DNA of 64,000 nucleotides from a virus (lineage: Duplodnaviria > Heunggongvirae > Uroviricota > Caudoviricetes), in the IMG/VR virus record IMGVR_UViG_3300049049_000146, positions 195,216 through 259,215 of that record. One strand, 5' to 3'. Shown in pieces: positions 14,555-23,734 of this stretch. Every line of letters starts with the position of its first letter. The stretch's first letter is position 1. The translations under genes and the position numbers were made by a program. The notes beneath the pieces were generated by a model. It was not told the DNA's origin. It did not search any database and saw only the letters and a program-made list of their open reading frames with translations.

Positions 14555-15151
14555 TCACTTCTCGCTCTTGACCACCTGCAAATTCGAGATGTCAAGATTG
14601 TCGGAATTTCCATCGATGAAAGTAACGGACTCACCACTGACGAGCTTGCGCCCAAGATGGACGCTCATCAGGTATTCTGCCTGAGTGAGAGCGCGCTTAT
14701 TCGCCGCACGCTTGTGTGCAAGATTCACGACCCACTGCATCAACTCGAAATCGTAGGTCGGACCGAAGACGACCCAGTCCGACCACGGGCCCTCGCCGTC
14801 CACCGCGCGCTTCTTGTTGCGAAGGCTGGTGTTGCGGCGATCGGCGTACCACGCACGCCACGCAGCCATGTGCTCAGGGCAGCGAGTCGTCCGCGTCGAG
14901 CGAAGCGGAACCTCGAACGTCACACCACAATCAGAGCACGTGACGGTCTTCTTGAGCGTGACCTGAATGCGCGCAGTGACTCTTCCGACGCATCGGCTGG
15001 AACAATACTTCGTATCTTCGGAGAAAGTCGTGAAGTCCTCTCCGCACTCGACGCACTTCTTCTGGAAAGAGATCCCGGCCTTCTGATTGGCCCGCCTCAG
15101 CTTATTAGCTCGCTTCTGAACGTAGCTCTTCTCAGTCTCAGACACCGTCAT
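14555..15151 (-). CDS. Zn-finger protein with degenerate HNH-like C-terminus
   Basis: CVECG..KYCSSRC, CSDCG; HLGRKL..GE.V.FIDGN.DN..ISNL. Confidence 0.7.
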   Translation of the reverse strand: MTVSETEKSYVQKRANKLRRANQKAGISFQKKCVECGEDFTTFSEDTKYCSSRCVGRVTARIQVTLKKTVTCSDCGVTFEVPLRSTRTTRCPEHMAAWRAWYADRRNTSLRNKKRAVDGEGPWSDWVVFGPTYDFELMQWVVNLAHKRAANKRALTQAEYLMSVHLGRKLVSGESVTFIDGNSDNLDISNLQVVKSEK

Positions 15152-16215
15152 GCTCCGTTACCATCGTCGGACTTTGCCTCGATCTGGTTAGGTACAAGCT
15201 GCTGCCGGATCCAATGTCCGTGCGTCTGCACGTGATTAGCCCGAACGTACTTGCCGGCAGAGCGTCGGAACGCACCGTAGGCGAATTCGTCAGCGAGCCG
15301 AACGACGTACCCCTCAGCAGGGTCTCCGTTGAGGCCGTTCTTTTCCAGGTCAGCCCCGAGTTGAACGAGTTCCTTATCGAAGCCCTTGTCCCAGGTACGC
15401 CCCTCGACAAGCACGGGAACGGTCTTGAGGCCGAGCATGCTTGCGTACTCTACGGTTTCCTTCCAGGAAAGGCACCTAAGTCCGTCCCAGATGGAAAACA
15501 CAAGGAACAGGTCCTCAAGATGAGAATAATGGATCGAATGCTTCGCGTAGAGATTCTCTCCGCAGATCCGCCAGTTCTCGGGGATCTCATGAGCAATTCG
15601 CGCGTGCAGCGCCTTCACCCAATCACGGGACGCATGAGGATCGTACTCCAGTGACCGAGCGTGAATGCCGTCTCGGTACATCGTAGTATTCTCACCATCC
15701 ATCTTCGCCGTGACCACCACAGGCTGGTCGGAGAAGCAGCTAAGGTCTCCGATCACCCGGTCATCCTTGGTCACTCCAGGAGACCAAGGCAGATGGTACG
15801 TCCTCGGGTATTTCACACGGTTCGTGAAGAGATGAAGCACCGGGGCGAGAATCTTCTGGACTGAAACGTCCGTAAAGAGTTCGCCCTTCATCCTCTGACC
15901 GTTCGGCAAAATGGGGTTGCCCCACTTGTCGTAAAGCTGGTCACGGTAAAGGTGCTCGGGGAGCACGAGCTTCGTGATGCCGCACTTCTCGCGAAGCTCA
16001 TCGCACGAGATGACCGTCTGCTCCGCGGCGATATGGTGCTCCTCGCAAACAGAAGCACCGTTCTCAAGATAGTACCCACCGTCACCCCAGAGCTTCCGCT
16101 CAAGAATGTGGTGGGCATCAACGGCAGGACCGCCACAGACAACACATCTGTGACGGTCCCTGGCGAAAACCTGTTCCCTGAACTCGTCACGAGTCAGGAG
16201 CTTTGCCTTGAACAT
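15148..16215 (-). CDS. HNH domain-RNA ligase fusion protein
   Basis: N-terminal CVVCG...DAHHI...C..HH; KYPRTYHLPWSPG, KMDGEN adenylation motif, GENL, EGYVVR, KYVR. Confidence 0.9.
   Translation of the reverse strand: MFKAKLLTRDEFREQVFARDRHRCVVCGGPAVDAHHILERKLWGDGGYYLENGASVCEEHHIAAEQTVISCDELREKCGITKLVLPEHLYRDQLYDKWGNPILPNGQRMKGELFTDVSVQKILAPVLHLFTNRVKYPRTYHLPWSPGVTKDDRVIGDLSCFSDQPVVVTAKMDGENTTMYRDGIHARSLEYDPHASRDWVKALHARIAHEIPENWRICGENLYAKHSIHYSHLEDLFLVFSIWDGLRCLSWKETVEYASMLGLKTVPVLVEGRTWDKGFDKELVQLGADLEKNGLNGDPAEGYVVRLADEFAYGAFRRSAGKYVRANHVQTHGHWIRQQLVPNQIEAKSDDGNGA
15158..15177 (-). promoter_or_regulatory. recurrent promoter-like motif, copy 3
   Basis: GCAAAGTCCGACGATGGTAA ending about 7 nt before ATG. 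Confidence 0.65.
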
Positions 16216-16524
16216 TTACCTCTCCACTTGATTCTCCGGCACGGTCTCGCAATCCTCAGTTACAGTAATCCACGTGCCGGAACAGGAATCTGCCGCACTG
16301 TCGAGTGCACGGCATCCGCGGTCCTCACCATCCGAAGCGCACCAACCACAAACGGGCCTAGATGCACACAGCCCGCAGTTATCAGCTGCGGGAGCCTGCA
16401 CACAGGCACTTGAGGTTGGTGGGGTCGGCGCGGTCCACGGACATCCGGGCAGCGAAATACTCAGTGAAAGACCCAACACCATAGCCCAGAACGATGCCTC
16501 GATACAACGAAGGAAATGCTTCAT
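16216..16524 (-). CDS. Cys-rich exported protein, PSI-like motif
   Basis: Signal-like segment; C..C....CGWC.....C. Confidence 0.65.
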   Translation of the reverse strand: MKHFLRCIEASFWAMVLGLSLSISLPGCPWTAPTPPTSSACVQAPAADNCGLCASRPVCGWCASDGEDRGCRALDSAADSCSGTWITVTEDCETVPENQVER

Positions 16525-17501
16525 GGTTTATCACTCCAGTCAAGAAGGTCACGGCCGAGGGCAGCGAACACTGGCGTGAGCACGCCCATACCCGGAACCT
16601 CGATACCCTGAGCGTCGGCAATCGCCGCCACACGAAGAGCAGCCTGCAGAGTCAGGAATGCCGGGTACATAGCAACCGGTACGTCCTTCTTTTCGTAATC
16701 GACCGTGATTCGAATGTACGGGTCCGTGTCGCCCTTCTTCCACGATTCTACGACAAGCTGAGCAGGGCCGCCATCAGCGTCGAACGTCAGCTTACCGTGG
16801 TAGCTGTTCTCAGAAGAGGAGAACGGAGTAGGCACGTACCAGCTGCGACGAACAAGCTCGGCGTCCATGTCCTTCGGGTCCGACAAATAGAGAACCATCG
16901 GTTCTCCCGTCGCCATGCCCGCTTCAAGAACATAGGCTACAGGCTTCGTGTCGCCCTCCTCGCGGAAGGCGATATAGCAGGCAATTGCGCCGAACCGGGC
17001 GCCCGCCTGTCTCGCTGGCGTGACGACGTTGACCTTCTTGGGTCGAAACCCGAGCTTCTTCTCGTAGTGCTTTCCGAACGTCTCTAGATCGTAGAGAAGA
17101 TGGTCGCCAGAGAAGATCTGCCCGATGCCGGTCTCAATCGTATCTTTCCAGACGTCAGGAAGGGAATACATCACGCAAGGAAGCTTCCCAACGAACTTCG
17201 AAGTGACCGGCTTATCGCCCACACTCTGCTTCAATCGGTGGTGCTCCGCGTGAGCAAGATAGTACGTGAATCCGGTGATTGGCTTCGCACCAATAGCGGA
17301 ACGCGTTGCCTGCGTCACGAGATTCGTGTCCTGAACTACGCCAATCTTCGCGTACTCTGGACGGTAGTTCAGTTGCATGGCCTCCACGCAGTGGTCAACG
17401 ACGTCATCATCAATCGATGCGCGGGGGTCTGGGAATGCGCCACGCAGTGCATTGCGAATCTCTTCGTATTTGCCTGCTCCGAGAATAGTCTTGATCGTCA
17501 T
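16521..17501 (-). CDS. hypothetical protein, weakly DUF1365-like
   Basis: 326-aa ORF; family call from loose motif spacing only. Confidence 0.6.
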   Translation of the reverse strand: MTIKTILGAGKYEEIRNALRGAFPDPRASIDDDVVDHCVEAMQLNYRPEYAKIGVVQDTNLVTQATRSAIGAKPITGFTYYLAHAEHHRLKQSVGDKPVTSKFVGKLPCVMYSLPDVWKDTIETGIGQIFSGDHLLYDLETFGKHYEKKLGFRPKKVNVVTPARQAGARFGAIACYIAFREEGDTKPVAYVLEAGMATGEPMVLYLSDPKDMDAELVRRSWYVPTPFSSSENSYHGKLTFDADGGPAQLVVESWKKGDTDPYIRITVDYEKKDVPVAMYPAFLTLQAALRVAAIADAQGIEVPGMGVLTPVFAALGRDLLDWSDKP

Positions 17502-17797
17502 CTCACGTCTTCCTTGTACGCTACGTTGTTATCGAATTCAGGAGTACCCCGCACGTACATCTCGCGACTGCAAAATTCCCAGTTCTCAACGACGACGAAT
17601 TCGGGGTCGGACAACTCTGGTCGTCTTAGCTCATGCCACTGGAAGGTCAACCCTAGCCAAAGCTTCTGAGCGAAAGAACGGCGACCGATGAATGGCTTGG
17701 GCCGCCTCAGTACGACGCGACCCGAAGCCCAGAAGTAATCGACACCGTCGACCAGTTGTTCTCCGTTGTAGAATACGAGAATCTCGTTGGATCTCAT
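17498..17797 (-). CDS. hypothetical protein
   Basis: 99-aa ORF coupled to both neighbours. Confidence 0.6.
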   Translation of the reverse strand: MRSNEILVFYNGEQLVDGVDYFWASGRVVLRRPKPFIGRRSFAQKLWLGLTFQWHELRRPELSDPEFVVVENWEFCSREMYVRGTPEFDNNVAYKEDVR

Positions 17798-18729
17798 TAC
17801 TTGGTCCGGTAGAAATCCTCATGAATCTGAACACAGAGGTCGTTCAGCTTCTCCAGAGGAGGATGCTCAGGGAGTGCGGTCGACGAGTTAAGTAACTCTC
17901 TCGCCTGCACGTCCAAACGATCCGCCTCTTCGATAAGCTTCTCGTAGCTCCATTCTCCACGACGGATGGAGAGAAGCTCCGCGGCGTCCGGACGCCGTAC
18001 CTTGAGGCCATCACCACGCAGAAGCTCGATGCAACAACGCATCAACCGGATAAGGTGCATTCCATGCTTCGTGTCGTACCCGTACTGTCTTTCAAGTTCG
18101 GCGCGGGCGGGGTTTCGCTCGCTCTTCCAGTTCTGGTACTGGTTCCAATGCTGAAGAGCCGTGGCGAAACGCTTCTCTCTGTCGATCGTCACCATGGTCT
18201 CAGCACTGAAGGTGTAGCCTTCAGATTCGAGCTTTTCCACGCCACCCATGATGTCGGCACTGATCGTCTTCTGGACCGGGTCCAGCCCGAAGTCAGCACG
18301 CTCCGGCTTCTTCTTCGGAGGATTCAAGAGCCACGAGCGATGGCTCTTCATCCTGTGAAGCTGGCCCCTCGCGTAGCCCGAGAACGTCTTGAATGCACGA
18401 CGAGAAAGGAAGAGGTTGCGGTTGTCCAGGAGAAGTTGACCGACCGGATGAAGGACCTGATGGTCCTTCGGATCTGTGAAGATCAATTCAAGTGCATTCG
18501 GGTTACAATCAGCCGCCATGTGAAAGAACTTCACGACGGAGAACGTCACCTTGTCCGGGCTCTTGAGGACCTGTTGCTCGAACTTATGCGCGAAACCAAG
18601 CATGTACCTCTGCGGAGGAACTGCAATGGCTCGGATGTCGAGATCGGAGTCAGGCAAGTTGGTGCCGTAACAATTCGACCCGTGAACGGTTGAATAGATC
18701 GTGTGAGCTTCAATATCGAAGTCAGTCAT
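17797..18729 (-). CDS. Pol-beta-type nucleotidyltransferase (YcgL/RlaP-like)
   Basis: GS..YG...PDSDLDIR, NPNALE, YDTKHGMHLIRL, LL.IR.G. Confidence 0.88.
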   Translation of the reverse strand: MTDFDIEAHTIYSTVHGSNCYGTNLPDSDLDIRAIAVPPQRYMLGFAHKFEQQVLKSPDKVTFSVVKFFHMAADCNPNALELIFTDPKDHQVLHPVGQLLLDNRNLFLSRRAFKTFSGYARGQLHRMKSHRSWLLNPPKKKPERADFGLDPVQKTISADIMGGVEKLESEGYTFSAETMVTIDREKRFATALQHWNQYQNWKSERNPARAELERQYGYDTKHGMHLIRLMRCCIELLRGDGLKVRRPDAAELLSIRRGEWSYEKLIEEADRLDVQARELLNSSTALPEHPPLEKLNDLCVQIHEDFYRTK

Positions 18730-19294
18730 CTGGGTTCTCCTGAGGGCCAGCAGCGATGAGGTCTTTTAACACTTGAATCCGTGCCTGAAGGCCCGACAGC
18801 CACTCGCCAGTGATTCTCCTGACGCGAATCGCGTCAATGTCGTACTGGAGTGCGTCACGCTCGCTGACAGGGTTCAAATAGAAATCGTGAGTCTGCTTCA
18901 CCCGCAAGACAGGGCAATACGGGTCACCAACGTTCAGTCTCTTCGTCTGGAGATGCGGATTGTTGAACATGTCTTCTGGGTAGATTTCCCGGTCCGTACG
19001 GACAATCACCTGATAGACGTTCGGTACGTGCTCTGAATCAAGAAACACGTACACGCCGGGAACGATGGCGTCGTCCCACTCATGGTGGGCGATTGCGCCA
19101 ATCCCTCCCTGCATATGATTCGGACGCTTGCGCTTCTTCTTGCGCTTCTTTGCGCTAGACGATCTGGACCTCTCGCCTGGAGGTGCGTCGACCTCCTGCG
19201 CGTCGTCTGACAGGTCCTGCTCGTCGAGAATCGCTTTAGTATCTGGGTCCCTAAAGCGCCCGAAAATGTCCACCCAATAGAAGTCGATCATCAC
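18722..19294 (-). CDS. hypothetical protein
   Basis: 190-aa ORF in an operon-like run. Confidence 0.65.
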   Translation of the reverse strand: MMIDFYWVDIFGRFRDPDTKAILDEQDLSDDAQEVDAPPGERSRSSSAKKRKKKRKRPNHMQGGIGAIAHHEWDDAIVPGVYVFLDSEHVPNVYQVIVRTDREIYPEDMFNNPHLQTKRLNVGDPYCPVLRVKQTHDFYLNPVSERDALQYDIDAIRVRRITGEWLSGLQARIQVLKDLIAAGPQENPDD

Positions 19295-19842
19295 TCCTCG
19301 TCAACTACAAGTCTGTAGATGACGCGAGTATGAATCAGGCACTTGCGGTCCTCAAGGAGCTTGACCGCGATGGGGGACACAACCACCGATTTCACATTCG
19401 GCAAATTACCGATGTCCTCGGTGATCCGGCGCTCAACACCGGTCGCAAGACGAAGCTCGTCCTGGCTTCCGCTACAGACAACAACACAAACCACGTGCGT
19501 GGACGTGTAGCTGACCTTCTTCTTTCGGAAAGTCATCGTCGCGTGGTGGGCGACAATCTTTCCAACCTGCTCGGTGCAGTCGTTGTCCACGGTAAACTTG
19601 CACTCCTTCTTGACAGCCGGGCGAGGCGTAGGAATCAAGTCGAACGTGTACTTCTTACTACGAATCATCGCCTTCTTCAGGCCAGCGACCTTCGACAGCG
19701 CCGACTTCCCTCCTTCGCCGACGCGAAGTGCCGCCTCCAGCTGAAGCAGTAGTTTCTCTGCTTCAGTGCCGAGCGTGTAGTCAGAAAAGGTAAGATTCCC
19801 GAAGGGCTTCGTTTCAATGATCGTCATCGTTTTCGGGCTCAC
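19291..19842 (-). CDS. hypothetical protein
   Basis: 183-aa ORF. Confidence 0.65.
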   Translation of the reverse strand: MSPKTMTIIETKPFGNLTFSDYTLGTEAEKLLLQLEAALRVGEGGKSALSKVAGLKKAMIRSKKYTFDLIPTPRPAVKKECKFTVDNDCTEQVGKIVAHHATMTFRKKKVSYTSTHVVCVVVCSGSQDELRLATGVERRITEDIGNLPNVKSVVVSPIAVKLLEDRKCLIHTRVIYRLVVDEE

Positions 19843-20335
19843 TCATATCGAGGATCAGCTGATCGATCGCATCATGCTTCTCGTTGATTTTCGGAACGAG
19901 CGGCGTGACACGTGCGCGGACCTTGATGTTCACAGGGTGATCGCCTTCCGACGTCGACCATCCATTCTCAATCCCAGGGGCAAGTCCGTCCCAGCCAGGA
20001 AAGACGCAAACAGCATCGTACGAAATAGGACGGAAGCCACGATGCTTGACCAACCACGCAGCGGCAGGATGATAGACATCACTGAGCCGCGCAGCACGAC
20101 TCGTTCCGGGCAGCACGTGGTCCTCAACCTGCCCCTCTTCCCAGGAGGGAGGGGTGGCAATCCACAACTGAAGTACCGCGTCGATTGCCTCAGCTACAAG
20201 CTCAGCCAACTCCATTTCGGAGAATTGCTGCTCATGAAGCAAAACGACGTACGGTGATTCTTCCCAGGATGAATATCCAATGCGGTACACGTGCATGTTG
20301 AATCCGGGGAGGTTTCCCTCCCCGGCCTCGGTCAC
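19814..20335 (-). CDS. hypothetical protein
   Basis: 173-aa ORF. Confidence 0.6.
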   Translation of the reverse strand: MTEAGEGNLPGFNMHVYRIGYSSWEESPYVVLLHEQQFSEMELAELVAEAIDAVLQLWIATPPSWEEGQVEDHVLPGTSRAARLSDVYHPAAAWLVKHRGFRPISYDAVCVFPGWDGLAPGIENGWSTSEGDHPVNIKVRARVTPLVPKINEKHDAIDQLILDMSEPENDDDH

Positions 20336-20724
20336 TTCGACTGCGAAAGACTGTGGAGTGCCTGCCGTACGCGGGTCTTATCGAACTCAGGCGTATTCGC
20401 GACAATCACGAACACCTTGCCGTTCGTCTCGATCGTCTTGGTCCTCCAACCATCAATCTTCGTGAAGACGGAGGTGATCGTCTCGGCGTCCTTCGTGGTC
20501 ACCACACGAAACGCCTTCACGACAGAATTCGGGTCCTCCACATCCTGCTTGCTCTCCGGAATCCGAATTCCGTCACCACGAAGCGCGTCACCGAGACTGC
20601 GAGCGGTGCGCATAATTTCGTGGTCGGACCCCACTCCGTCAGCGATAAGCTGCTGAAGAAGATCCTCGTACTGCTTCGAAATCTCCTGCATATCAGTTAA
20701 CCTCAGTGCTCTGAAGCTCGCCAT
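20332..20724 (-). CDS. hypothetical protein
   Basis: 130-aa ORF. Confidence 0.6.
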   Translation of the reverse strand: MASFRALRLTDMQEISKQYEDLLQQLIADGVGSDHEIMRTARSLGDALRGDGIRIPESKQDVEDPNSVVKAFRVVTTKDAETITSVFTKIDGWRTKTIETNGKVFVIVANTPEFDKTRVRQALHSLSQSK

Positions 20725-20881
20725 TGTCAGCCGGCTCGAACGTGTACCCTGCCTTCTTGAGCAGCGTACGAAGCTTTGCCAGATGCTTTAGCGAAGCATG
20801 ATCTTTGGTGTATCCGTCGGCCAGCATCAACCGACGAAGGGCGTCCCACTTGGTCTCCACCAGGGTCTTGTACTTCTTCAT
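20693..20881 (-). CDS. hypothetical protein
   Basis: 62-aa ORF, GGAG RBS. Confidence 0.5.
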   Translation of the reverse strand: MKKYKTLVETKWDALRRLMLADGYTKDHASLKHLAKLRTLLKKAGYTFEPADNGELQSTEVN

Positions 20882-21072
20882 GTTTTCTCCAGCAATCGAG
20901 CTATGCGCTCAGCTTGTACGACTAAGCGCTGAAGCACCTGCTTCTTCGTAAGCACAGAGGTGTCAGCGATTAGGACGTCGGTACCACGCTCCTCTAGAGC
21001 CTTAACGGCAGCTTCTAGTTGCTCATAGAGCTTCTTGTCAGCACCGACCTCTCTAACGCGACAACAACTCAT
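20878..21072 (-). CDS. hypothetical protein
   Basis: 64-aa ORF with ATGA overlaps. Confidence 0.5.
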   Translation of the reverse strand: MSCCRVREVGADKKLYEQLEAAVKALEERGTDVLIADTSVLTKKQVLQRLVVQAERIARLLEKT

Positions 21073-21482
21073 TCGGGATACCTCTGCTCGCGGAGAGCTT
21101 TCACGATTTCGTCAGTCGAAAGACTGGTGGTACGATATCCGGACTCTCCGTTGGCCTTCCGTTCGCTCGCAACCTCCGCGTCTTTGAGAAGACGCGTGAG
21201 CCACGGAAGATAGTCCGTAGTGAGCCAATACAGTTCGTCCAGATCAATTTCGACGGCGGTATTTACGCGCTCCAGGATCTCGTCCAGGATCCCCATAGCT
21301 GCTGCCGTCGCTTCATTGTCCAGCCACAAAGGGCGCTGGTCAAGGTACGGAACGAGGTTGCTATTCCCACACTGACACGCAGAAAGTGCAACGGGAAGAA
21401 TCTTCCTGCAGGCAGTGCATAGAGACATCCGCCGTCTACTGGGTAGCTTGGTCGGTACAGGGGTCAACTCGGGTAGCTCCAT
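21069..21482 (-). CDS. Zn-ribbon hypothetical protein
   Basis: CTAC...CQCG. Confidence 0.65.
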   Translation of the reverse strand: MELPELTPVPTKLPSRRRMSLCTACRKILPVALSACQCGNSNLVPYLDQRPLWLDNEATAAAMGILDEILERVNTAVEIDLDELYWLTTDYLPWLTRLLKDAEVASERKANGESGYRTTSLSTDEIVKALREQRYPE

Positions 21483-21514
21483 CAGGTCTCCCTTCGCCGA
21501 AAGCTCGACCCTGG

Positions 21515-21534
21515 TTACTATCGCCGGACTTTGC
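21515..21534 (-). promoter_or_regulatory. recurrent promoter-like motif, copy 4
   Basis: GCAAAGTCCGGCGATAGTAA, intergenic just after a terminator. Confidence 0.7.
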
Positions 21535-21550
21535 CTACTAGTACAATAGC

Positions 21551-21580
21551 AAAGGGCCCCCGATCTCTCGGAGGCCCTTT
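21551..21580 (-). terminator. intrinsic terminator
   Basis: AAAGGGCC.CCGA/TCGG.GGCCCTTT hairpin after a CDS. Confidence 0.7.
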
Positions 21581-21599
21581 AGTCTAAGCGAGCGAATTC

Positions 21600-22364
21600 T
21601 CACTCGTCATCGTCGTCATCGTCCCAGTCATCATCGTCATCGTCGTCAGACGCCGGGGGAGCGGGCTTCTTTGCGGGAGCCGCAGGCTTCGCGGGAGCCG
21701 CAGGCTTCGCGGCAGGCTTTGCAGCCGGCTTCGCAGGAGCCTCATCCTCGTCGTCATCGTCATCGTCATCATCGTCGTCATCGTCGGACGGCGGAGGCGC
21801 CGGCTTCTTCGCCGGGGGTGCCGCGGGCTTCGCGGGAGCCGGCTTCGATGCGGGCTTGGCCGGTGCCTCGTCCTCATCATCGTCGTCATCGTCATCGTCG
21901 TCATCGTCATCGTCGTCATCGTCGGACGGCGGAGGAGCGGCGGGCTTGGCCGGTGCGGGCTTCGCCACGGGCTTGGCAGCTGCTGTGGCCGGTGCGGGCT
22001 TCGCAGGAGGCGTCTCTTCCTCCTCGTCGTCCTCATCGTCCTCGTCAACATCGGCGGGCGGCGGAACGGGAACTGGACTCTTACGCGGACGGCCGGGCCC
22101 GCGCTTCGCCGGAGGAGCCGTAGCCTCCTCTGCGTCCGGAGGAGCCTCTACCTTCGGAATCTCAGCCGAAGCAAAGGCAGGGTTACCCCAGTGGAACTGC
22201 AGACTGTTATCGCGGCCGAGGAAGACCTCAAAGCCAATTATGATTCCGCGAATCACGTCCTCATTGACGCTGGTGCCCTTCACGAGCACTTCGCCATGAC
22301 GACGGATGAGGATATCCTGAAGGTTCGAAACGTACTGCTTCAGCTGCGTCTTCAAAAGAGACAT
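21600..22364 (-). CDS. AT-hook protein with poly-Asp and PAK repeats
   Basis: KRGPGRPRK followed by four acidic tracts separated by PAKPA repeats. Confidence 0.8.
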   Translation of the reverse strand: MSLLKTQLKQYVSNLQDILIRRHGEVLVKGTSVNEDVIRGIIIGFEVFLGRDNSLQFHWGNPAFASAEIPKVEAPPDAEEATAPPAKRGPGRPRKSPVPVPPPADVDEDDEDDEEEETPPAKPAPATAAAKPVAKPAPAKPAAPPPSDDDDDDDDDDDDDDDDEDEAPAKPASKPAPAKPAAPPAKKPAPPPSDDDDDDDDDDDDEDEAPAKPAAKPAAKPAAPAKPAAPAKKPAPPASDDDDDDDWDDDDDDE

Positions 22365-22390
22365 CTAAGACTCCTGTAACGAAATTGAGA

Positions 22391-22765
22391 TCAGAACGCG
22401 GGCGACTCGGTATCGGTCGAATCGATAGCGGGCGTCTCAACCGGAGTCGCCGCCGTAAGAGCCGCGAGAGCGTCGTCAACCGACGGGCGCTCCTTGCGCG
22501 GGCGACCACGCTTCTTGCCAGTCGTGGTGGTCGTGATCGCAGCAACAACCTTGCGCGGGCGACCACGCTTCTTGCCAGTCGTGGTTGCGGTGGTCGTGGT
22601 GGTCTCACGCTTCGACTCCGCGCCAAACGAGTAACCGTCGCCGGTCAATGCGTCGCGAAGCGACTTGAGAAGACGCATCGCACGCTGCGTGCCCTTGAAG
22701 CCATCCGTGCGAAGCTGCTCCTCAAGAGCAGTAAGGGTGGTGGAAACAACCTTGGATCTAGCCAT
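22391..22765 (-). CDS. double AT-hook protein
   Basis: Two TTTGKKRGRPRK units encoded by a direct repeat. Confidence 0.8.
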   Translation of the reverse strand: MARSKVVSTTLTALEEQLRTDGFKGTQRAMRLLKSLRDALTGDGYSFGAESKRETTTTTATTTGKKRGRPRKVVAAITTTTTGKKRGRPRKERPSVDDALAALTAATPVETPAIDSTDTESPAF

Positions 22766-22821
22766 GACATTCTCCTGTAATTGGTTACGAAACGAACAGC
22801 AGACACGCCTTTACAGTCTGC

Positions 22822-23163
22822 TCAATTTGCAGCCTTGTCTCTTCTAACAAGGCGAAGCAATTCGTGGCTGAGAATGTGCGCAGCGTCTTCGTCAAATGCA
22901 AGAGCCAAATCGCACATCTTCAAAAAAGAATCGTAGAGAGTTTTCAACTCTGGTGAGTCGCACGGAAAGCCTTCAAATCCCTTTCGCAAGGACGCAAAGG
23001 CAGAGGAAGGAGCATCGTCCTGAAGCAGGGCCTGCAAAACGAGCATGAGCGTGATCAGAGATCCCTTCTCCATGCCAGCTAGCCGGGCGTTCGCGATCGA
23101 ACCTGCGGTCACTGCCAGTCGCAGCAGCTTCGCTTTTTCCTCGTTTGTGCGCACGACTAGCAC
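22822..23163 (-). CDS. hypothetical protein
   Basis: 113-aa ORF. Confidence 0.55.
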   Translation of the reverse strand: MLVVRTNEEKAKLLRLAVTAGSIANARLAGMEKGSLITLMLVLQALLQDDAPSSAFASLRKGFEGFPCDSPELKTLYDSFLKMCDLALAFDEDAAHILSHELLRLVRRDKAAN

Positions 23164-23191
23164 ATAACGTGTGCTTTACGCCGCACAAAAT

Positions 23192-23734
23192 TCAGCCGGT
23201 CTGAACCAACTCGTGGAATCTGGAGAGAAATTTCTCCTCTGCAACGCGAGCCGTCCAATTGCCCAACGTAACGGGCGTGATTGGAGGGTTCGCGTGGCCC
23301 CACGGCTTTGGTTCGCCTACGGGGTGTAGGAGGTCACGCGCCTCGATCAACAACATCGTACGATCAGCCGCGTACACCTCGGGAGGCAGAATCCAAGGAA
23401 GGTTGAAACGCGCAGCGATGGCAAGCCAAACGATCGATTCAACTTCCTCGAACGCAGGGATGTTCTTCTTGATTGGAGTGATCAAGTCCCCGATATATGC
23501 CTCGGTAGCGTCGTGCAAAAGAGCGCACAGCGCTAACTCAGCAGGAACCTGATACGACGTGTGCACGCTGTGCTCTGCAACGGAGTAGAACTCCAGGCAG
23601 TGGCCGTTGAATCTGCAGAGCTTACTCAGCGCCCCCGCGATATCCTCGATGTGGATGTCTTCTGCCTGAGGGCTCCAGGGGTGAAAGCGCCTACCAGAGC
23701 ACAACGAAAACCAGGGTCCGCGCGTCATGCTCAT
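23192..23734 (-). CDS. HD-domain phosphohydrolase (YfdR-like 5'-deoxynucleotidase)
   Basis: CRFNGH...YSVAEHS...LLHDATEAYIGD. Confidence 0.9.
   Translation of the reverse strand: MSMTRGPWFSLCSGRRFHPWSPQAEDIHIEDIAGALSKLCRFNGHCLEFYSVAEHSVHTSYQVPAELALCALLHDATEAYIGDLITPIKKNIPAFEEVESIVWLAIAARFNLPWILPPEVYAADRTMLLIEARDLLHPVGEPKPWGHANPPITPVTLGNWTARVAEEKFLSRFHELVQTG

Noticed and set aside
21584-22051. Alternative-frame ORF with Thr/Met runs, and the GAY-triplet repeats as a DNA-level element
   Set aside because: Fully explained by the poly-Asp/PAK coding repeats of ORF 21600..22364.
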